A DNA stretch of 64,000 nt, taken from positions 1,472,001 to 1,536,000 of the forward strand of contig CBDBDQ010000005.1 of NCBI GenBank assembly GCA_965203905.1, written 5' to 3'. This DNA is from Spirochaetia bacterium. GTDB taxonomy: Bacteria > Spirochaetota > Spirochaetia > SZUA-6 > Bin103. Both the position numbers and the translations under genes were made by a program. A model generated the notes under the pieces. It searched no databases, had not been told where the DNA came from, and worked only from the letters and a program-made list of their open reading frames with translations. Every line of letters starts with the position of its first letter. The first letter of the stretch is position 1. Positions 10,371 to 17,398 of the stretch are shown in pieces.

Positions 10371-12596
10371 GTGGCGCCAGAGGCGAACTCCGACCGTAGT
10401 CGCCCGGCGGCGCCGGTCACCCTGGAAGGGGTCGTGGCGCGGGTGGTGTACTCCCAGGAGCAGAGCGGCTACGCGGTGGTGGCGCTGCAGGAGCGGCCGG
10501 ACGCTGCCGAGGTGATCGCCGTCGGCAGTCTGCTGGGCACGCAGCCCGGAGAGACGCTGCGCCTGAGCGGCGGCTGGACCGAGCATCCCAAGTATGGGCG
10601 CCGCTTCCAGGCGGAGTCGTACGCCACCATCACGCCCCGCACCGTGGCCGGCCTGGAGCAGTACCTGGGCTCGGGGATGGTGCCGGGAATCGGCCCGGGG
10701 TTCGCGCGCCGCATCGTCGCCCACTTCGGTCTCGCCACGCTCGAGGTGCTGGACCACGCCAGCCGCCGCCTGCGCGAGGTGCCCGGCATCGGCGCCAAGC
10801 GCGCCGAGCGCGTGGCGCACGCCTGGCACCAGCAGCGCGAGCTGCGCGGCACCATGCTGTTCCTGCAGTCCTACGGCATCTCCGCCGCCCACGCGCGACG
10901 CATCTATCGCCAGTTCGGCACCCGCGCCCGCGCCGTGCTGCAGGAGGACCCCTACCGCCTGGCGGCCCACGTCCCCGGCATGGGCTTCCAGACCGCCGAC
11001 CGCATCGCCGCCAAGCTCGGCATCGCCGCCGACTCGCCCCAACGAATCCAGGCGGCGGCGCTGCACGCGCTGAACACCGCCGCCTCCGACGGCGACGTCT
11101 ATCTGCCGGCGCCGATCCTGTGCCGGCGCACCGCCGAGCTGGTCCAGCTCCGCGACCGGCGCGCGGCCGAGGAGGCGCTTGCCAGCCTGCGCCAGGAACA
11201 CCGGGTGATCGGCGAGCAGCTCCCGGAGCCCGCCGGCGGGCCGGTGGCGGCGCAATACCTGCCGCCGCTGTTCGCCGCCGAGCAGCGCGCCGCCGCGCGC
11301 CTGGTCGCCCTGCTGCGCAGCGCCGCGGGCGGCTCAACGGCCACCCCGGCGCCGACCGCCGCCGGCGCCGGCATCGTGCTGGCCGCGGCACAGCGGGCCG
11401 CCACCGAGGTGTTGCTGCGCAGCAAGGTGGCGGTGCTCACCGGCGGCCCCGGCACCGGCAAGACCACCCTGGTGCGCTGGATCGCCGCCGCCTCCGCCCG
11501 CGCCGGTACGCGGGTGGTGCTGGCGGCACCCACCGGCCGCGCCGCGAAACGGCTGGAAGAAGCCACCGGCATGCCCGCGGGCACCATCCACCGCCTGCTG
11601 GAGTTCAGCCCGCGCCACGGCACCTTCACCCGCAACCGGTCGTACCCGGTGGCGGCCGATCTGCTGGTGGTGGACGAAGCCTCGATGGTGGACATCCGGC
11701 TGCTGGCGGCGCTGCTGGAGGCGACCCCGGATGGCTGCCGGGTGCTGTTCGTGGGCGACGCCGACCAGCTCCCGTCGGTGGGCCCCGGCGCCGTGCTGGC
11801 GGACCTGGCCGCCATTCCCGGGCTGCCCACGGTGCGCCTCAGCGAGGTGTTCCGCCAGTCCGCGGCGAGCCGCATCGTGCAGGCGGCCCACGCCATCAAC
11901 CGCGGCGAGTTCGATCCGCGGCAGGAGAGCGCCGCCGACAGCGACTTTTTCTTCTTTGCGCGGCGCGAGCCGGAACAGGTGGCGCACACCGTCGAGACGC
12001 TGGTGACCACCCGCATCCCGCGCCGCTTCGGGCTCGATCCGCGCCGCGACATCCAGGTGCTGTCGCCGATGAACCGCGGCCCGCTCGGCACGGTGCAGCT
12101 CAACGCGCGCCTGCGGGAGCGCCTCAACCCGGATCCCGCCGCCGACGGCGGCGGCCGGTTGCGCCACGGAGACCGGGTTCTGCAGACCCGCAACAACTAC
12201 CAGCTCGAGGTGTTCAACGGCGACATCGGCCACGTCGTCGCGGTGGACGCCGAGGCGGGCAGCGTGCAGGTCGACTTCGGCGGCCGCCGGGTGCAGTACG
12301 CGGCGGCCGACCGCGAGGACCTGGTGCCGGCCTACGCCATCTCCATCCACCGTTCCCAGGGCAGCGAGTTCCCGGCGGTGGTGATACCGGTGCATACCCA
12401 GCACTTCGTGATGCTGCGCCGCAACCTGCTCTACACCGCGGTGACGCGCGGCAAACGGCTGGTGGTGCTGGTGGGCAGCGAGAAGGCGGTGGCGCTGGCG
12501 GCGCGCCGCGGTTCCGACCGCACCCGGTTCTCGGCCCTGGCGTGGCGCGCCGCGACCGCCCGCGATCCGGCGCCGGACGCGCGCCGCGCGCCCTGA
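10371..12596 (+). CDS. recD2: ATP-dependent RecD2-like DNA helicase
   Basis: N-terminal OB/HhH region, Walker A TGGPGTGKTT, DEASM, GDADQLPSVG, YAISIHRSQGSEF, NLLYTAVTRGK. Confidence 0.95.
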   Translation: MAPEANSDRSRPAAPVTLEGVVARVVYSQEQSGYAVVALQERPDAAEVIAVGSLLGTQPGETLRLSGGWTEHPKYGRRFQAESYATITPRTVAGLEQYLGSGMVPGIGPGFARRIVAHFGLATLEVLDHASRRLREVPGIGAKRAERVAHAWHQQRELRGTMLFLQSYGISAAHARRIYRQFGTRARAVLQEDPYRLAAHVPGMGFQTADRIAAKLGIAADSPQRIQAAALHALNTAASDGDVYLPAPILCRRTAELVQLRDRRAAEEALASLRQEHRVIGEQLPEPAGGPVAAQYLPPLFAAEQRAAARLVALLRSAAGGSTATPAPTAAGAGIVLAAAQRAATEVLLRSKVAVLTGGPGTGKTTLVRWIAAASARAGTRVVLAAPTGRAAKRLEEATGMPAGTIHRLLEFSPRHGTFTRNRSYPVAADLLVVDEASMVDIRLLAALLEATPDGCRVLFVGDADQLPSVGPGAVLADLAAIPGLPTVRLSEVFRQSAASRIVQAAHAINRGEFDPRQESAADSDFFFFARREPEQVAHTVETLVTTRIPRRFGLDPRRDIQVLSPMNRGPLGTVQLNARLRERLNPDPAADGGGRLRHGDRVLQTRNNYQLEVFNGDIGHVVAVDAEAGSVQVDFGGRRVQYAAADREDLVPAYAISIHRSQGSEFPAVVIPVHTQHFVMLRRNLLYTAVTRGKRLVVLVGSEKAVALAARRGSDRTRFSALAWRAATARDPAPDARRAP

Positions 12597-12598
12597 CC

Positions 12599-13600
12599 GT
12601 GGCCGCACCCGCCGGCGCACCGCCCGCCGCCCTCGGCGGCTGGTCGCGGCTCGGCCTCGGCACCTGGGCCATGGGCGGCGCCGGCTGGCGCTACGCGTGG
12701 GGGCGCCAGGACGATGCCGTCTCCGCGGCCACCATCGTGCGCGCCGTCGAGCTGGGCATCAACTGGATCGACACCGCGCCGGTGTACGGAGTGGGTCACG
12801 CGGAGCGCCTGGTGGGGCGCACCCTCGCCACCCACGGACTGCGGCGGCAGGTGCGGCTGGCCAGCAAGTGCGGCTTCCTGTGGCAGCCGGGCAGCCGCCG
12901 CCCCTATCCCCGGCTCACCCGTGCCAGCGTCTTCCGCGAGCTGGAGGCGAGCCTGCGGCGGCTTGGCACCGACCATCTCGACCTGTACCAGATCCACTGG
13001 CCGGGCCCGGAGTGCGACATCGACGCCGCCTGGGAGTCGATCGGACGCCTGGTAGAGCAGGGCAAGGTAGGCGCCGGCGGCGTCTGCAACCTGCAGGCCG
13101 CCGAGCTGACCCGGCTGCACCGGGCGCGGGAAGTGTGCTCGCTGCAGTTGCCCTACCACCTGCTGCAGCGCGCTGCGGAACGCGAGCTGCTGCCGTTGTG
13201 CGCCGCGCACGGCGTCGCGGTGCTCGCCTACAGCCCGCTCGCGTCGGGCATCCTCACCGCAACCTTCGACGCGCGCCGGCGGCGGCGCCTGCCGGGCGAC
13301 GACTGGCGCACCCGCGCCGCCGCCTTCAACGGGGCGCAGCTCGCCGCCCATCTGCGGGCGGCCGCCGCGCTGCGCGGCTATGCCGCGGCCCACGGCGGCA
13401 GCCCCGAGCGCTACGCCCTCGCCTGGGCCGCGGGCCACCCCGCGGTGCGCGGGGTCATCGTCGGCGCGCGCAGTCCGCAGCAGATCGGCGCCGCCGCGGC
13501 CGGAGGCGTGCTCCCGCTCACACCCGCCGCGCGCCGCCGGCTCGGCGCGCTGATCGCCGACGCCGTTACGGCAGCAACACCGCCATCACCCGCTGAATGA
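12599..13600 (+). CDS. Aldo/keto reductase
   Basis: LGLGTWAMGG, GINWIDTAPVYG, SLRRLGTDHLDLYQIHWP, AYSPLASGIL. Confidence 0.92.
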   Translation: MAAPAGAPPAALGGWSRLGLGTWAMGGAGWRYAWGRQDDAVSAATIVRAVELGINWIDTAPVYGVGHAERLVGRTLATHGLRRQVRLASKCGFLWQPGSRRPYPRLTRASVFRELEASLRRLGTDHLDLYQIHWPGPECDIDAAWESIGRLVEQGKVGAGGVCNLQAAELTRLHRAREVCSLQLPYHLLQRAAERELLPLCAAHGVAVLAYSPLASGILTATFDARRRRRLPGDDWRTRAAAFNGAQLAAHLRAAAALRGYAAAHGGSPERYALAWAAGHPAVRGVIVGARSPQQIGAAAAGGVLPLTPAARRRLGALIADAVTAATPPSPAE

Positions 13601-14045
13601 TCGGGGACAGGACCGCGACCCCACCGAGGACGGTCAGGTTCCACCGAGTCTGGCGTGCGATCTGCTGGTGTACGTCTCCAATCTGCCTGTTCACGTCGGC
13701 GTGCACGGCGCCGATCTGCTTACCGAGATCCGATCGTACCGCGCCGATCTCCTTGCCGAGTCCCGCAGTCTGCTCCTGCTGGGCGATCAGCTGTTCCTGC
13801 TGTCTGGCAAGCTGTTCCTGCTGGCGGTCGAATCCGGCCTGCATCTCGGCCCGCAGTCGACGCTCTGATTCGCCGATCTCGGTCCGCAGTCGGCCCGCGG
13901 ACTCCGATACGTGACGTAGAAAACGCTCCTCCAGGAGCTCGAAGTGAAGTTCCTTGTAGGTCTCCTGCTGCTGGATCTGAGCTTCCTGAAACTGCTCGAA
14001 CATCCCCACCAGAGAATCGGTGGCGGCTTCTCGCGCCGCTTCCAT
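13566..14045 (-). CDS. Coiled-coil protein with 11-aa repeats and C-terminal TM anchor (DUF1640/Bdr-like)
   Basis: LGKEIGAVRSD-LGKQIGAVHAD-VNRQIGDVHQQ repeats, then QTRW and a hydrophobic tail. Confidence 0.7.
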   Translation of the reverse strand: MEAAREAATDSLVGMFEQFQEAQIQQQETYKELHFELLEERFLRHVSESAGRLRTEIGESERRLRAEMQAGFDRQQEQLARQQEQLIAQQEQTAGLGKEIGAVRSDLGKQIGAVHADVNRQIGDVHQQIARQTRWNLTVLGGVAVLSPIIQRVMAVLLP

Positions 14046-14061
14046 CGGCTCGAAGCTCGCC

Positions 14062-14364
14062 GAGCTGTTCCGCTACGCCGGCGCCCACGGCATCCCACTG
14101 TATGCGCTGATCGACGAGTGAGACAACTTCGCCAACACCGTGCTGACACGGTGCGGAGGCACTATTCTTTCACCCACTGCGGCGGCTTTTCCGTGGCTTC
14201 TTCGCCACCCTGAAGAACGGTATGGACCACAGCGGAGGCATGGACAGTCTGTCCTTGTTCCATCACCGGCGTGTCGCCGGTGGCCATGGACGACGTGACA
14301 TCGGGCTTCAACATCCGCAAGAACGTCGGTCTGGAACCCGACTTCACCGAAATGGGCGGCTTCG
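14062..14364 (+). pseudogene. Fragment of AAA-ATPase-like (PD-(D/E)XK-associated) gene
   Basis: LYALIDE*DNFANTVL (TGA at 14119) and frameshifted FITGVSPVAMDDVTSGFNI motif. Confidence 0.8.
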
Positions 14365-14685
14365 TTACCCGACTTCGGCGCCGAAGCAGCCTCGGTCCCG
14401 GGTGATGGCCAGGGTGTCGTCCGGAATTGCCATCAGAGCCGCCGTGCTCGCAGACAGCGTACCTGTCGGCTTGGGTTCCGGCTCACCCGTCATGTTCTCG
14501 CAGGCGATCAACGCGGCACCAAGAGGTACGCACATCAGCAGGGACGCAGCGGTGCGGCCGACGTGCACACGCTCCCCATGCGCCGTGCTCCGCTTCCTAA
14601 ACGCTCTCGTTCCTCGCCGCTCTCTTGGTACGTCCGTAATCGGCACCACACTATCGCGACCTCTTCACGCAGCCGATCGACCGTG

Positions 14686-14925
14686 TCATCTACGGAAACG
14701 ACATGACGACAACCGTGGATCTTCTCCGACGGCGACGTAACGTGTACCGTCGGTGGCAAGGACCTCGAGCGTGTAACGGGGGATCCCTGTGCTTGTGGCC
14801 GGCAGCCATGTCCAGGCACGCCCTCCATCTGCGCTGTGGAGGATTGTGCCGCCGTCACCCAAAGCAAGCGCTCGTGCCGTTCGAGGCAACACTGACGAGC
14901 ACGCCGCCTTGGCACCGTATTCCAC
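14686..14925 (-). pseudogene. Fragment of BNR/YCF48-like beta-propeller repeat protein
   Basis: ALGDGGTILHSADGGRAW...RYVAVG repeat motif with no complete gene around it. Confidence 0.5.
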
Positions 14926-15060
14926 CAGCGAATCTCTGTATATTTGATTACATTCGCCGGGTAAGGGGGAGGGAACCGGTTCATCACCGATGTTGGTCCT
15001 GATACGACAATCCCCGACGGGACCAGGGACGCGGTGCGCCCCGCGTCCGCTGCCGGTCAG

Positions 15061-16059
15061 CTATAGATAGCCGCCGGCTCGTGGCACCAGGCGGCTGCGG
15101 AGCGTATCGACGATGCGTTCTCCGTGCCCGCGGCAGTGCTCGATGAACACGCTGCCGGCCACGTTTCCGGCCAGCATCCCGCCACACACGAACAGGCCCG
15201 GCACCGCGGTCTCGAAGGTCGCCGGGTCATGCTCGGGCACGTCGCTGTGCGGGTCGCTGGCCACCCCGAGCTGGCGCAGCAGGGTAACCGTGGGGCGGTA
15301 GCCGACCTGGAACAGCACGGCGTCGTTGGGCAGCCGTTCGCGGCCGGCCGCACCGCGCAGCACGATAGCGTCCGGCTCCACGCGTTCGACGCTGGTATCG
15401 AACCGGGCGCCGACGCTGCCATCCGCGATCCGGTTCTCGATCTCGGGACGGACCCAGTACTTGACCGCCGGTCGCAGTTCCGCGGCGCGGTGAATGAGGG
15501 TCACGCGGGCGCCGGCCCGCAGCAGGTCCAGGGCGGTCTCGGCGGCGGAGTTGCCCCCGCCCACCACCGCGACGCGCCGGCCGTAGTAGGGGTGGCCGTC
15601 GTGGAAGTAGTGGCTGCACTTGGGAAGATCCTCGCCGGGGATGCCGAGGCGGCGCGGCGTGTCGAAGAACCCGGTGGCCACCACCAGGGCCGCGCAATGC
15701 GCGCTCCGCTCGGCGCCGCGGTGTTCCACGGAGAGGGTGAAGCCGGTCCGGTGGCGGCGCACCGCGCTGACGGTGTGCCCGGTGCGCACCGGCAGCGCGT
15801 AGTGCTCGGCGACGGCGCGGTAGTAGGCGACGGCTTGGCGCCGGCTCGGCTTCTGGTCGGGGCAGGTGAACGGCAGGCCGCCGATGGCCAGCTTCTCAGG
15901 GGTGGAGAAGAAGGTCATGTCGGTGGGGAAGTGGTATATGCTGTTGACCACCGTGCCCTTCTCGAGGACGACGTGATCCAGTCCGGCGCGGCAAGCGGCG
16001 ATGGAGCAGGCCAGTCCGGCGGGACCGGCGCCAACGATGATCAACTGGCGAGAATTCAT
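15061..16059 (-). CDS. ypdA: YpdA family FAD-dependent disulfide reductase
   Basis: IIVGAGPAG, VVNSIYHFPTDMTFFSTPEKL, VVGGGNSA, VFIEH.R.HG. Confidence 0.88.
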   Translation of the reverse strand: MNSRQLIIVGAGPAGLACSIAACRAGLDHVVLEKGTVVNSIYHFPTDMTFFSTPEKLAIGGLPFTCPDQKPSRRQAVAYYRAVAEHYALPVRTGHTVSAVRRHRTGFTLSVEHRGAERSAHCAALVVATGFFDTPRRLGIPGEDLPKCSHYFHDGHPYYGRRVAVVGGGNSAAETALDLLRAGARVTLIHRAAELRPAVKYWVRPEIENRIADGSVGARFDTSVERVEPDAIVLRGAAGRERLPNDAVLFQVGYRPTVTLLRQLGVASDPHSDVPEHDPATFETAVPGLFVCGGMLAGNVAGSVFIEHCRGHGERIVDTLRSRLVPRAGGYL

Positions 16060-16132
16060 GGTGCCTGAGGCGGGGGCGGGGGCGGGCGCAGCATACCAGT
16101 CCGCCGCCGGCGGCGGCAACACGCAGCCGCCG

Positions 16133-16981
16133 TTGGACACCACCGCCGTGGAGCGGTTCCGTGGTCGCGTCTATGCCCACTACCGCCGGCACCGGCGGCC
16201 GCTGGCGTGGCGCGCCACCCGCGACCCGTACGCCATCCTGGTCTCCGAGGTGATGCTGCAGCAGACCCAGGTGGCGCGGGTGGTCCGCTACTACCCGCGG
16301 TTTCTGGCCCGTTTTCCGGATCCCGCGACGCTGGCGCGGGCGCCGTTGCGCGCGGTGCTGGACCAGTGGAGCGGGCTCGGTTACAACCGCCGCGCGCTGG
16401 CCCTGCAGCGAGCCGCGCAGGCGCTCGTGCGCGACCATGGCGGCAGCATCCCGGCCGACCGCGAAGCGCTGCGGCGGCTGCCCGGAGTCGGCCCGGCCAC
16501 CGCCGGCGCCCTGCTGGCATTCGCCTTCGAACGGCCGGTGGTGTTCATCGAGACCAACATCCGGCGCGTCTACCTGGAGCAGTTCTTTCCCAGCGCCACG
16601 ACGGTGCCGGACCGCGCGCTGCTGCCGCTGGTGGCCTGCACCCTCGACCGCGCGCACCCGCGGCGCTGGTACTATGCGCTGATGGACTACGGCGCCGCCC
16701 TCGGCCGGCGCGGCTCCAATCCGAACCGGCGCAGCGCCCACTATACCCGGCAGAGTGCCTTCGCCGGCTCCACCCGCCAGCTCCGCGGCCAGGTGCTGCG
16801 GCTGCTCACCGAGCGCCGTTGCCTGAGCAGCGCAGAGCTCGGCCGGAGGTGCGCCGCCGGCGGGCTCCCCGGCGCCACCGGCGCGCGCCTGGCCGCCGTC
16901 GTCGACGCCCTGGTGGCGGAGCGGTTCCTGCAGCGCCGCGGCACGCTGGTATGCATCGCCGAGGAGATTTTCGAGGACTGA
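16133..16981 (+). CDS. mutY: A/G-specific adenine glycosylase, short form lacking the Fe-S motif
   Basis: RPLAWR..DPYAILVSEVMLQQTQV, HhH LPGVGPATAGA, ETNIRRV, ALMDYG; start uncertain (16133 or 16148). Confidence 0.88.
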   Translation: MDTTAVERFRGRVYAHYRRHRRPLAWRATRDPYAILVSEVMLQQTQVARVVRYYPRFLARFPDPATLARAPLRAVLDQWSGLGYNRRALALQRAAQALVRDHGGSIPADREALRRLPGVGPATAGALLAFAFERPVVFIETNIRRVYLEQFFPSATTVPDRALLPLVACTLDRAHPRRWYYALMDYGAALGRRGSNPNRRSAHYTRQSAFAGSTRQLRGQVLRLLTERRCLSSAELGRRCAAGGLPGATGARLAAVVDALVAERFLQRRGTLVCIAEEIFED

Positions 16982-17032
16982 CCGGACGGTGGATTGGTTT
17001 CGAACTCGCTCGTCGCGCTCGCCGAGGGAGGG

Positions 17033-17061
17033 TTGCCTGCCGATGATACAAGTGATACTGT
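17033..17061 (+). promoter_or_regulatory. Putative sigma-70 promoter overlapped by TGATAC direct repeats
   Basis: TTGCCT-17 nt-TACTGT; TGATAC-aag-TGATAC overlaps the spacer and -10. Confidence 0.45.
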
Positions 17062-17138
17062 TGTAGGCCCGCGTGCATGGCGCTGGTCGGCTCCGGTTGG
17101 CCGCCGCCGAGGCGGGAGCAATCGGGGAGGGGTCGACC

Positions 17139-17375
17139 ATGGCGGGGGGGCGCTCGTTCGGCGCTATCAACCTCAGACAGGTGCCGTTGAGTCTGCGCGA
17201 GCAGTTTCGCGCCCTGTGCGCACTGCGCGGCACCACCATGACCCGGCGCCTGATCGAGCTGATCGAAGCGGACGTCGAGCGCGCCCGCGAACGGGGCGAG
17301 TACCTGCCGGCGATCACGCGGACGTTGGACGAGGAAGTCCGCACTTCCGGCCAGGGACAGCTCTGGCCGGACTAG
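17139..17375 (+). CDS. Small ribbon-helix-helix-like DNA-binding protein
   Basis: Strong RBS GGGGAGGGG; AINLRQVPLSLREQFRALCALRGTTMTRRLIELIE fits the beta-alpha-alpha RHH pattern. Confidence 0.72.
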   Translation: MAGGRSFGAINLRQVPLSLREQFRALCALRGTTMTRRLIELIEADVERARERGEYLPAITRTLDEEVRTSGQGQLWPD

Positions 17376-17398
17376 TATAAATTTCGGGGAGGGAGCAC

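Noticed and set aside
11120-13600. 826-aa ORF, and similarly extended ORFs at 1118, 5464, 54837 and 59386-61884
   Set aside because: N-terminal parts are off-frame overlaps with neighbouring genes; only the C-terminal parts are real CDSs
16057-16060. Overlapping divergent start codons (CATG) for ypdA and mutY
   Set aside because: MutY homology begins about 25-30 codons later; a downstream TTG or GTG start is more plausible
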